Origin: Nemertoderma westbladi
Taxonomy: Eukaryota; Animalia; Xenacoelomorpha
Reading direction: 5' to 3'
NCBI GenBank assembly: GCA_032718475.1
Contig: JAUCBJ010000587.1
Location: forward strand, 1 to 49,743
DNA length: 49,743 bases
The translations under genes were made by a program, and so were the position numbers. Under the pieces are notes generated by a model. The model was given only the letters and a program-made list of their open reading frames with translations. It was not told the DNA's origin and searched no databases. This document shows positions 25,790 through 38,793 of the stretch, in pieces. How positions within the stretch are numbered: the stretch's first letter is position 1; each line of letters starts with the position of its first letter.

Positions 25790-27860
25790 CCAGAGACTTG
25801 ACTTTACCTGATATACTTGACTTGACATTGCATTGACTTGAAATATACCCCATTTGGCTTTGTCATCCTTCAGTTGATATAATTCAATTCTCATACTTGA
25901 TTTGACATACACATACTTGACTTGAAATTCTTCTGCCAAAAGAAGTCAAATATGCTAAGTTAAGTACGTCAACTTTAAGTCAAGTAAAGTGATCACTTAA
26001 ACAGGCTATGATTTCTACATTATTTATGTATACATTTTGTCATTGTCACCACTATATTTCGTCAATTTAAGGCGATGAAATGCCAAAGGTAGGAAAAAAT
26101 AAACATTTAAAGTCACAAATACGTCACAAATAATCCAAGTCGACATTTTATATATAGGAATATATAATGTAACAAATTCTCCAATCGGTGTTGTTAAAAC
26201 GCCTTTCGTATAAAAAATAAATCTAAAGGGTTACAAATACGACGTATTTGTAACCCTTTAGATTTATTTTTAAACTTTCCGCGATGTGAAGACAAGCTTT
26301 GTATGTGACGTCGTCACATACAAAGCTTGTCTTCACATCGCGGAAAGTTTTGCTATCAGTCGCATTTTTTCTAAGCCCTGACATATTATGCATTAAGCCT
26401 ATTTATATTAGCCTACTGTACCAGACTGAAAATCATATTTTTTAGATTGTTGGCTGGTTATATTTACTTAACATACTGTACTTTATTTGACATACAGTAT
26501 TTGACTTAGCTTATTCTACTTGACATAATTGACTTGACATACTTGACTTGACAAAGTTGACTTCACTTGATATACTTGGCTTGACATACTAAACTTGACT
26601 TGACAAATTTGAATTGACCTGACTTGAAATTCTTCAGTAAAGACAAGTCAAATAGGTAAATTCAAGTCAAGTATTCCAAGTTAAGTAAAGTAGGCCTTAA
26701 CGTCAACTTATGTCAAGTTTAGTGATTACTATAACAGGCTTATGGATGACTACTACATTCTGTAAGTTTAAATTTTTTTAATGTCACCACTTAATCGCAT
26801 AATGGAACTATTTCGTCAATTGAAGTCGATAAAACTCCAAAATGTAGAAAAAAATTAATATTTAAAGTCACAAAAACACTACAAATAATATAATTGGACA
26901 TTTTATATTGTAGAAATGTATAATGTAGCAAATTCTACAATCGGTGTCGATGAAACGCCATTTGAATAAAACAATAAATCTAAAGGGTTACAAATACGTC
27001 AAAAATAAAGCCAAGTCGCAGAGGAAAGAATAAAACTAGAGATTTTAACTGAACATTATTTAGAAAAAATATCTTGGGCTGAAAAACTAATGGAATAACT
27101 GGCATTTCAAATTGAAACTTGTCCTCACATATCGGAAAAAGTTGCTTTCAGTCGTACAATTTCTAAGCCCTGACATTGTGCGTGCATTAGGCCTTTTTAT
27201 ATTACTGCACCAGACTGAAAATGATAATTTTTTAGATTCTACTTTATAAAAGAACACCGATTACCTGACATACTTGACATTGCATACTTGAGATGGCTTG
27301 ACATACTTAAATTGAGATATGCCCCACTTCACTTGTCATACTTCATTTTATATAGGCTTGCTTGTCTTAACATACTGTATTTACTTGACATACTTGATTT
27401 GACATATTTGACTAACATACTGTACTTTACCTGGCATACTTGAATTAACTTGGCTTGACATACGTGACTTCCACTTGATAGGCCTTGCTTTAATTTACAT
27501 ACTAGATATACTTGACTTGACATACTGCACTTGACTTGACATAATTGACTTCATATACTTGAATTAACCTGACTTGACATACTTGATTTAACATGGCTAT
27601 ATTACATCGTTTGACATACTATTCTTGATATAAGAAATTGTCTCCCAGACATTACCTCAACTCAAATATTCTTGATATACTCATTCATGATACTATATAC
27701 TTGTCTTGACATATTTGACTAACATACTTTACTTGACATTCTATTCTTGACTTGACTTTTACATAACTGACTTGAGATACTTGACTTCACTTGATAAACC
27801 GTGCTTGACTTGACATACTCGACTTCACTTGATGCACTTGACTGATACACTTGATTCCAT
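25790..27860. repeat. Degenerate ACTTG/ACTTGACAT low-complexity region containing a diverged ~700-760-bp tandem duplication
   Basis: About 25918-26450 resembles about 26620-27240 (shared GACTTGAAATTCTTC, ATCTAAAGGGTTACAAATACG, CTAAGCCCTGACAT, CCAGACTGAAAAT). Confidence 0.7.
26213..26350. repeat. Two abutting perfect palindromes (29-bp and 39-bp arms, each with a 1-nt centre)
   Basis: 26213-26241 pairs with 26243-26271; 26272-26310 pairs with 26312-26350. Confidence 0.95.
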
Positions 27861-29480
27861 TATTAATGCATATATTTTTTCATTGTCTAGATTTCTTTAA
27901 ACTGGAAAAGTGAAATTTTAACTGTAATTACCACCCAGTGACATTTTAAATGTTATCACCACCCAGAAAAACCTTATAACACAAATTTTGCACAGTTTGT
28001 GCACTTCTTAAATTTTAACAGACTGACAAACCAAAAACAGACAGACTGACTGACATGCAGACAATCGTCTAGAATCGATATATAGTGAAAACCGATATCG
28101 TATTTTAAATCATCGGCAAATAAAAACCCAATAGCAAAAAAATTTAGGTGGTGGTGTTATATTTATTTATTTGTTACATTTTTGACAGAGAAACAGACAT
28201 GTATTCAGACAAACAGACAGAGTGACCTCCAATAAAAATACAAATTAAAATATTGTCGCCAAAGTTCCATACACTGATGTGTATCTGAATTCTGACGTAT
28301 GTACCTAATGTTTTACAAGTCTGCTTTGAAATATCGTAAAAGTTTACATAATAATCCCCCCAATTACAGAAAATTGGCGGGAACGTTTGAAACTCTCATA
28401 ACTTTAAAGCCGTTTTTCTCAAAACTTTGTTAATATTTGGTCATTAGACTACTAATTTTCAAAACTCAATATCTTTATCGGATTTGAAATCTGTTTTCAG
28501 TGTTCGATTCAGCATAAAAATGTGTATTTGAATCAATAAAAAAACACAAAATTATTTTTTGTAACCGTAGGTCGGATTCTTGATCAAACCCCACATTTTT
28601 AGATAATTAGTCATTATTATCATATGTAATAAATCACACAAGAATTTGCACCACAGGTTTCTTGGACGTATTTTTAACTTGTATATTTATTTTTTATACA
28701 ACAGACGTGTTTCATCAGTACTAATTACATAATTTGTTACATTATTCATTCTTGCTGTATATATTGCATATAATGGCGAATTAATGCTATTAACTTTTGA
28801 CGCATTTGCAACTATATATATATATATTTCATGTGTATGATAAAAAGGCATATACTGTATGTTACATACATATATCGCAGCATTTTACTACAATTCAACA
28901 TTATTTTGGTGATAGCATTAACTAATGTTTCCTTTATTAAATGAGAATAAAATATTTAAAACAAAAATAATATCTAAAAGTATTAGTTAGTTAGTTTATT
29001 TATGATGATCTTAATCTGATGATTGTAATCTGAACACTGTATATTGTATAATTCATAGCCCCATAATAAAAATAAATTGGCAAGATACCATCATATCAGT
29101 TCATTATTACCAGCATTAATTCAACACAGTGGCGATCCACTTAGACTATTTACTCTATCTAATGGAAACTACCCATTTACAAGCGAGTTTATCATAAGTG
29201 AAGCAGTTTAGCACAGAAAAAGCTTTCTTCGTGGTGGATTAAGTAATTTTATGTTCATTGGTACTTTGCACTGGTTGAACAAAAAAATAGTGTGTGACAT
29301 CTGACTTTAGACCTAAAATACACTGAGAGCGCCACTAAGGCGTAATCGTTACAAGTAGTCAATACGCCCAGATATCCATGATAACGCCCTTGTTACATTT
29401 CCCAAAATCGTTAAAACGCCGTTATACATAACCATTTATGTCGAATTCGCTACGTGTTACATCTATATATACATACACAC

Positions 29481-30718
29481 TGTAAAAGCTTTTGTGGGAT
29501 ATAACTGGACCTTTTGCTCCGCAATCCAGTTTCCCCCAATGCGCTCAAATACTCTAAAAGCCTACTGTAAAAGCTTTGCGGATATAATCAGTCCCTTTGC
29601 CCGCAAAGTACCGTGTAGATGTTTTAGCGGACATAAAAGTCATTCTTTCTGTATGTGTACTTTGGCGGACATAATAAGACACTAATGCCGCAATACGCCA
29701 AATCCTCTAGCACAGTGTACAGTGTAGCTTTGATAATTCAGATTACGACATCTACCAGCTGGTTTGCTGACATGGAAACGGCCGTTGGATCCATGGGTTC
29801 TTTGTTCGGCTTAACAGCCAATCAGAGCGATTTTCATTTTATGTGAGTAGATATCTCTGCCAATTGTGCTAGGCGAGTCAGTATCGGTTGTTTCCTACGC
29901 CAGAACATCGGCTTTGGAATGACTCTGTGTTTCAGACTTTAGCCAACATTAGAACGGCTTTAATTATAGGAACACATAACTGTTATCAAACGGGCCAACT
30001 CAACTTAACTCAGTATCACAAACACCGCATTATTTTACTGCTATTTACTGTTGGTTATTAATTGTATCAGTTGATTGAATATTGTTATTTGGAGAATATC
30101 GATAAATGATCATAAACCCCAATCTTCTTGATACACTAAAGGTTAGAGAGACCGGTTACATATAGCAATTGCGACTTATATTATCGTGGTTTGTAGTGAG
30201 TCTAATGCTATTTTATAGGCCCTACAAATGTCGGTTGCTATTCTCTTTATATACTGTATGATTAAAATCAGTGAAGATCGGCAGATCAGTGTGCAGTATT
30301 GTGCGGTAGTGTGTATGAGCTTGACTGATAACAAAGCATCTCCTAAAGAATGCGCCTTATGTGTAAATCCTAAGCCATCCCGTTGTGTTTAGTATAAGTC
30401 ATAACTCTGTTTACATAGATAGAGCGCCACGTCCTAAAGGAACTGCTAATATTTCCCGAAAGTGAATAATATTTGTCAGAGATTATATATTAACGATCAA
30501 TCGAATAATACAGTAGGCTTACACCGCAATAAGATTAAAGTTTCCGAATCCAGTCTCCCGGGTATATCCAACGGGTGAATGATCGCGCATAGGCTGGCTT
30601 CGGCTAATGTAGTGTTTATTTGTATCAAATACTTGTCATAGGCTAAAGTCGATTTATAAACTAAAAGACATATAAATTTTGGCAGGTTAAACTGCTAAAG
30701 GTCTTAAAAGCGCGAACA
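29481..30718 (+). mobile_element. Solo LTR with 5-bp TSD CACAC
   Basis: TGT...ACA termini; CACAC at 29476-29480 and 30719-30723; homologous to 13103-14318. Confidence 0.93.
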
Positions 30719-31141
30719 CACACAGTTATATATATTCAACTCATTCATATATTAAGTATATATTACAAACGCGCACTTACACATCCAATTCGACATACAA
30801 TTATATACATAATAAGTATATACGTGTCCCCGCGCCCGGGTGGAATCATTATAGCATTAACCAATGATATGGTGGTTAGGTAACTTAAAGACACGTATAT
30901 ACGTACATGCACTGTTTATATATTCCTACCTAGCCAGACTCACTCAGATAATAAATATAGCTATGTATGAATATTACGAAACACGCACGTACACCTCTAT
31001 TACAACATACGATTTATTTACAGTAATAATAATAATACTAATATAATAAAAAATAATATTATTTCAATATTTCTATATTATTCTTTTTTAAATATTTAAT
31101 AATAATAAATATATACGAGACCCCGCGCCCGGGTGAAAACA

Positions 31142-34100
31142 TTACCCAAATTCTAAATGTTAGAAATACACTCAACTAGGGGCAATTAAATATACACGCA
31201 TACACATATATATACACCAATATAACATTCATACACACATCAATGATATGATATATAAATGAATTACAAACGACACACATATACACATACACACATATAT
31301 ATATACAATACATATACCTACACATACATATATACCTACACACATATATATATATAAATAATATATTTTGCGTCATGCATACAATTTTAGTTAGGCGTAC
31401 AGTTATACCGTAGTTGCTATTATTCATATTTTAGTAATTCATGCTTCAGAAGTTTAAGAAACACAGGTTTACTCTTGATTTCCCTATAAGAGATTGCTAG
31501 ACTGTTCCAAAGTCGAGGTCCTTGAAAAGACAGTGATTGCTCAGCAACCTTCAGACGGACTTTAGGAGGATGAAATAGACCAGAGGCTGCAAAGCGTGTG
31601 TTGTGAGAGTGGATCTCAGATGCCTTACGGAATAGCGGTGTCAGAGGAGTGGAAATATTATTATATACGTCAAACATTACTTTACAAACCTCATATTTAT
31701 ATAACTGTTCTAAGGGGAGGATATTTAGTTGTTGGTAAAGCGGGAGCGATGATGATTGCCAGTGACTGAAGGTAATTGCTCGTAGAACTTTATTTACTTT
31801 GACTCGTATGGGTTTTAACATCGTGGAGGAAGTGCTACCCCAGATAACGATAGCATATTGTATATATGGATGAATAAGTGCAAAGAACAACATACGTAAG
31901 ATATGAAGTGGAAAGATTTTTCGAAGCCTATAAAATATTCCTGCAGATTTGGAAATCTTTTTCAATATGTAAGCTATGTGCTCTTTAAAGTTAAGTTTAC
32001 TATCAATTAAAACTCCAAGGTATTTTGTGTAGCTAACTTTGGAAATTTCTGCACCTTTAATTTTTACTTTGGGCAGAGAATCCTGGGAGAGTGTTGAGTT
32101 AGAGAATAATGTATATTCTGTTTTCTTGAGATTGAGTAAAAGTTTATTATCAATTAACCAGTCTACAATGTCATTTATATCGTTGTTTACGGAGGAAATT
32201 AATTCTGGTAAGTTAGTTATTTAAATATTTAATTAGACTTGTATCATCAGCAAAAAGGGTTGTCAAGAAGGATGTGGCGTTTGGGAGGTCGTTTACATAA
32301 ATCAGGAACAAGATCGGTCCATGGATCGATCCCTGTGGTATTCCACAAAGTATTGGTTGTAGTGATGAGTTGAATCCATCCAGTGTTACAAATTGTACAC
32401 GATTAGACAAGTAGTCAGAAAATAATTGCAGAGGAATCCCCCTGACTCCATAGCTTTTCAGTTTATTGATTAGGATGGCGTGATCCAGTGTGTCAAACGC
32501 TTTTTTAAGATCAATGAAAATAGTACAAGCTGACAATTTATTATCGAGAAAATCACGCAGCTTTTCTACGATATCGAGAATTGCATACGACGTAGTGTAT
32601 TTTTTCCTAAAGCCGTACTGGTTACTATTTAGTATGAGGTACTTATCTAAATATGAAGCTAGCTGGACATATATTATACGCTCGTATAATTTACTCATAA
32701 CTGGTAATAGTGAGATTGGACGGTAATTAGTTGTAAAACGCGGATCACCAGATTTATAGGCAGGTATTACTTGTGCTTGCTTGAGCGAATTTGGAAAAAA
32801 ACCATTTACAATGCTTATATTTATTAATTCCGAGATATGTTCACTCAAAATACGAGCAGCCGGCTTTATAAGTTTGATTGGGCATTTATCATTTGTAGCT
32901 GAGGCTTCTTTTATGTCTAAGATAAAATATTGCACCTCAACCGGTGTCGTTTTTATAAGTGCAAAGGAGTTCGATTTTTTATGTCTAATATGTCGCAGAG
33001 GACAACGGGGAGATATGGGAATTTCATTGGAGAGAGAAGGACCTATAGAAGTGAAAAATTTAGTAAATATTTCGGCAATATCACCTGGTTCAGTGATCAA
33101 TGACTCAATGTTACCATCAGACACGGATATTTTACGTGGAATGGATTTTTTCGGTGTTCGACCAAGAGCAGTATTAATAGTACGCCAAGTTTTCCGCATA
33201 TTTGATTTATTTTTATCAAATTGTGATGTATAATAATCCCGTTCCGCGCTCCTTAATATTGTTGTAAGTTTATTTCTATATGTTTTATATATTAAATGGT
33301 TTTTCGGGGTTTGTTTATGAACGTATTTCGCATATAAGTTATTTTTTTTATTGATTGACTTTACCAGTGATTGGGTAAGCCAGGGTTTATGAGGCACCAG
33401 TTTTTTTGGAATTTTTTTGCGTGGGGCATGTTTTTGACATATTGCATCTAAATTTGAATAAAATATATCAAAGCGATCTCTCAACTGATTATTCGCGTTA
33501 TTATAGGTCCACGTATCAATGTCTGACAAATCAGCTAAAAATGTTGTATGATCAAAATTTGAATAATCATAAATAAAGTTCGTAGTATCAGGCCTGAAAT
33601 AATTAGAATAATCTGTTAAGATCACGAATGTCGGTAAGTGATCGGCAATTTCTGAAAATGACCTGCTTAAAACCGTTTGAGTTTATGGTTTGAAGGTAAT
33701 TAAGAGTTAAATTACAAGATTTTTTTAAATTAATGTTCATGTCACCTGTAATGATCACGTCATAGCCTTTATCAGCTAGCATGGATAGTAAGTTATCCAA
33801 ATCATCGATAAAATTATTGCGGTCAACTGTTTGGGAAACATACATACATCCTATTATTAGAGGTTTATTTGGATGGGGACGTTTTACTTCGATCCAGCAA
33901 TTCTCAGGTCCCGATATTCGTAAATCAGTACGTTCAATAAAATCGAACTCATCTCGAATGAAAATTGCAGTGCCGCCTCGTTTTGTGTCACGCCTATCCT
34001 GTGAGACCAACTCATAACCTGGAAAAGTAATTTCTGAGGAGTCCGAAGAAGTGCTCAAAAATGTTTCAGAAAATGTCAACACATCGAAATCACTCGACAA

Positions 34101-34780
34101 AGTTTGGAAAAAATTGGATATTTCACACTTGTGTGTTGGTAGGCTTTGGCTATTGACATGAAAAACCGAGAACGACTTAGAGTTCTCTAAGTTACCGAAT
34201 TCTTTATTAAAAGTATCAGCTGTGTGATAACCCCGAGAAATATTGTTATTATCTAAATATATGTCAGGATCAATATCATTGAATGGAGAATTAGATAGAT
34301 CGTCGTCGAAGTTTAAATTACAATGGGTAGACGAATCACCAAATATATCGTCATCATCACTATTAACATATCCAAAAGGAAACAGTTCCAAATAACAGTA
34401 AATGCACCACAGACCACCAACCGTGCTCAAATAGGTATCCACCTCGCTTTGGGTGAGACATGTGCCACATTGTGAGTGATATGTGAACCACAAAGCTCAT
34501 AATGCATTTTACAATCTGAATTAGTGAACACAGAGAAGCAAAAATCACAGTGAAGATTGTCCATAGCGTTAGTTTAGTAGATTTGAGTAGGGTAGGCGGT
34601 AGGGGTAGAGAGAGAGAGTGAGGGGTGGGGGTGGGGGGTAGTTTTTTTGTAGTCGTCGGATTAAATAAGTGAACGGGGACACTCCGTAGACAATAGTGTT
34701 GTTTACCGGAGAATCTACAGCACTAGACAGAAGTAATACAATAATTAAAATGCCCAATACCAATCAATGACCCAATACCA
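31142..34780 (-). mobile_element. CR1/L2-group LINE (Crack/Daphne-like), near full length, decayed; ends approximate
   Basis: Single PHD-APE-RT reading; 3' UTR ends in a stem-loop-like TTGCCC...GGGTAA; the 5' side abuts the satellite. Confidence 0.8.
31420..34564 (-). pseudogene. LINE ORF: PHD finger + AP endonuclease + reverse transcriptase, with frameshifts and an internal deletion
   Basis: ATG at 34564 gives MDNLHCDFC...; after a frameshift, HSQC...WCIYC...LFPF; APE motifs HVNSQSL, FSETFL, RGGTAIFI, TGDMNIN, IADHLP; RT motifs NYRPISLL, QYGFR, DLKKAFDT, GIPQGS, FADDT, KYLGV. Breaks near 34485, 33655 (block before ADHLP missing) and 32220. Confidence 0.92.
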
Positions 34781-34781
34781 A

Positions 34782-37700
34782 TTAGTTCAACCAACGTATG
34801 AAAAGAAAACTTGTTCAACCAAAACATTGTAGCTTAGTTCAACCAACGTATAAAAAACTAGTTCAACCAAAACATTGTAGCTTAGTTCAACCAACGTATA
34901 AAAAACTAGTTCAACCAAAACATTGTAGCTTAGTTCAACCAACGTATAAAAAACTAGTTCAACCAAAACATTGTAGCTTAGTTCAACCAACGTATAAGAA
35001 ACTAGTTCAACCAAAAATTGGAGCTTAATTCAACCAACCTATAAAAAACTAGTTTAACCAAAACATTGTAGCTTAGTTCAACCAACGTATAAAAAACTAG
35101 TTCAACCAAAACATTGTAGCTTAGTTCAACCAACGTATGAAAACTAGTTCAACCAAAAATTGTAGCTTAGTTTAACCAACGTATGAAAACTAGTTCAACC
35201 AAAAATTGTAGCTTAGTTCAACCAACGTATAAAAAAACTAGTTCAACCAAAACATTGTAGCTTAATTCAACCAACCTATAAAAAACTAGTTTAACCAAAA
35301 CATTGTAGCTTAGTTCAACCAACGTATAAAAAACTAGTTCAACCAAAACATTGTAGCTTAGTTCAACCAACGTATGAAAACTAGTTCAACCAAAAATTGT
35401 AGCTTAGTTTAACCAACGTATGAAAACTAGTTCAACCAAAAATTGTAGCTTAGTTCAACCAACGTATAAAAAAACTAGTTCAACCAAAACATTGTAGCTT
35501 AGTTCAACCAACGTATGAAGACTAGTTCATCCAAAAATTGTAGCTTAGTTCAACCAACGTATAAAAAACTAGTTCAACCAGAAATTGTAGCTTAGTTCAA
35601 CCAACGTATAAAAAACTAGTTCAACCAAAAATTGTGGCTTAGTTTAACCAACGCATAAAAAACTAGTTCAACCAAAAATTGTAGCTTAGTTCAACCAACG
35701 TATAAAAAGCTAGTTCAACCAGAAATTGTAGCTTAGTCCAACCAACGTATAAAAAACTAGTTCAACCAAAAATTGGAGCTTAATTCAACCAACCTATAAA
35801 AAACTAGTTTAACCAAAACATTGTAGCTTAGTTCAACCAACGTATAAAAAACTAGTTCAACCAAAACATTGTAGCTTAGTTCAACCAACGTATGAAAACT
35901 AGTTCAACCAAAAATTGTAGCTTAGTTTAACCAACGTATGAAAACTAGTTCAACCAAAAATTGTAGCTTAGTTCAACCAACGTATAAAAAAACTAGTTCA
36001 ACCAAAACATTGTAGCTTAGTTCAACCAACGTATGAAGACTAGTTCATCCAAAAATTGTAGCTTAGTTCAACCAACGTATAAAAAACTAGTTCAACCAGA
36101 AATTGTAGCTTAGTTCAACCAACGTATAAAAAACTAGTTCAACCAAAAATTGTGGCTTAGTTTAACCAACGCATAAAAAACTAGTTCAACCAAAAATTGT
36201 AGCTTAGTTCAACCAACGTATAAAAAGCTAGTTCAACCAGAAATTGTAGCTTAGTCCAACCAACGTATAAAAAACTAGTTCAACCAAAACATTGTAGCTT
36301 TGTTCAACCAACGTATAAAAAACTAGTTCAACCAAAAATTGTAGCTTAGTTCAACCAACGTATGAAAACTAGTTCAACCAAAAATTGTAGCTTAGTTCAA
36401 TCAACGTATAAAAAACTAGTTCAACTAAAACATTGTAGCTTAGTTCAACCAACGTACAAAAAACTAGTTCAACCAAAACATTGTAGCTTTGTTCAACCAA
36501 CGTATGAAAACTAGTTCAACCAAAAATTGTAGCTTAGTTCAACCAACGTATAAAAAACTAGTTCAACCAAAACATTGTAGCTTAGTTCAACCAACGTATG
36601 AAGACTAGTTCAACCAAAAATTGTAGCTTAGTTCAACCAACGTATAAAAAACTAGTTCAACCAGAAATTGTAGCTTAGTTCAACCAACGTATAAAAAACT
36701 AGTTCAACCAAAAATTGTGGCTTAGTTCAACCAACGCATAAAAAACTAGTTCAACCAAAAATTGTAGCTTAGTTCAACCAACGTATAAAAAGCTAGTTCA
36801 ACCAGAAATTGTAGCTTAGTCCAACCAACGTATAAAAAACTAGTTCAACCAAAACATTGTAGCTTTGTTCAACAAACGTATAAAAAACTAGTTCAACCAA
36901 AAATTGTAGCTTAGTTCAACCAACGTATAAAAAACTAGTTCAACCAAAAATTGTAGCTTAGTTCAACCAACGTATAAAAAACTAGTTCAACCAAAACATT
37001 GTAGCTTAGTTCAACCAACGTATAAAAAACTAGTTCAACCAAAACATTGTAGCTTAGTTCAACCAACGTATAAGAAACTAGTTCAACCAAAAATTGTAGC
37101 TTAGTTCAATCAACGTATAAAAAACTAGTACAACCAAAAATTGTAGCTTAGTTCAACCAACGTATAAAAAACTAGTTCAACCAAAAATTGTGGCTTAGTT
37201 CAACCAACGCATAAAAAACTAGTTCAACCAAAAATTGTAGCTTAGTTCAACCAACGTATAAAAAGCTAGTTCAACCAAAACATTGTAGCTTAGTTCAACC
37301 AACGTATAAGAAACTAGTTCAACCAAAACATTGTAGCTTTGTTCAACCAACGTATAAAAAACTAGTTCAACCAAAAATTGGAGCTTAATTCAACCAACCT
37401 ATAAAAAACTAGTTTAACCAAAACATTGTAGCTTAGTTCAACCAACGTATAAAAAACTAGTTCAACCAAAACATTGTAGCTTAGTTCAACCAACGTATGA
37501 AAACTAGTTCAACCAAAAATTGTAGCTTAGTTCAATCAACGTATAAAAAACTAGTTCAACTAAAACATTGTAGCTTAGTTCAACCAACGTACAAAAAACT
37601 AGTTCAACCAAAACATTGTAGCTTAGTTTAACCAACGTATGAAAACTAGTTCAACCAAAAATTGTAGCTTAGTTCAACCAACGTATAAAAAACTAGTTCA

Positions 37701-37901
37701 ACCAAAAATTGTAGCTTAGTTCAACCAACGTATAAGAAACTAGTTCAACCAAAAATTGTAGCTTAGTTCAATCAACGTATAAAAAACTAGTACAACCAAA
37801 AATTGTAGCTTAGTTCAACCAACGTATAAAAAACTAGTTCACCCAAAAATTGTAGCTTAGTTCAACCAACGTATAAAAAACTAGTTCAACCAAAAATTGT
37901 A
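34782..37901. repeat. 47/48-bp satellite (TTAGTTCAACCAACGTATAAAAAACTAGTTCAACCAAAA(C)ATTGTAGC), about 65 copies
   Basis: Uninterrupted, highly homogeneous array; each unit is a dimer of TAGTTCAACCAA-cored halves. Confidence 0.97.
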
Positions 37902-38793
37902 GGTATTAGCCCTATCGAAAGGGTTAAAATAGCGCATTGGCCTTTTCCATTGTTTTTAACATATAAATTTTATTTTTTATATATTTACTATTTTTTGGAT
38001 TTAGTCTTCCAAGAAGAAATAATATCAAGTTAGTTAAGCGACGATCTATAAGTTCAGTTTACAGACGAAGTTCAATTTAGTAAGTTTACAGTTCAAGTAC
38101 TCTACAAACAGAAATATAAATTTTCACATAGTTTAATGATGCAAGTTAAAAAGCAAAAAGCAGGATTTAATGATAGGATTTACTTATCTATTTGAATTCC
38201 TTTTCTATTTGAGCTCATGTTTAAAACCTCAAGATCTAACACACAAGGTAACTCAACTGCGATAAGCATTCCATCAATCCAAGTTTTCCCCTAGGTCGCT
38301 CAAACAGTCGTATTTCGCTGATGTGCGCTGGCGCCGCCGTGTCTATCGCCAAACGTAGTAGCTACACAACGACAACAACAACCAGCGCGAGTCACTCCAC
38401 TGTCCGTCCCAAGGGCTTAGATTTACTTCAGGTTCTTTCGGCAGAGTTAGGGCTACTTTCACAACTGCGACTCGCTACTGTAAACACACTTTAGTAGTAA
38501 CATTCACCTATAAACGCACAAATTCCACACAACTGTCACAAGTGGTACACATTCTGTCACACATCATTCGGGTCATTTGTCCGTTAGTCAAGTGCCTTCC
38601 AGAATGTCACGTTATTATTATGTATCCCTGGATACTAACAGTGTGCTATTTGTTCCGTATGCTATTCAAAGGGGCAAGCTCTCTATTGCTCTTTTAACTC
38701 GCTTCTAATTCTAGCGTTTGTGGTTGCTATGGTGACATTATGGAAAGTTAGCGGTAGAATTAGGGTAATTCTCATGCATACAGATCTGGGATG

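Noticed and set aside
34782-37901. CRISPR-like regular array
   Set aside because: No unique spacers, no cas genes, eukaryotic context; it is a satellite.
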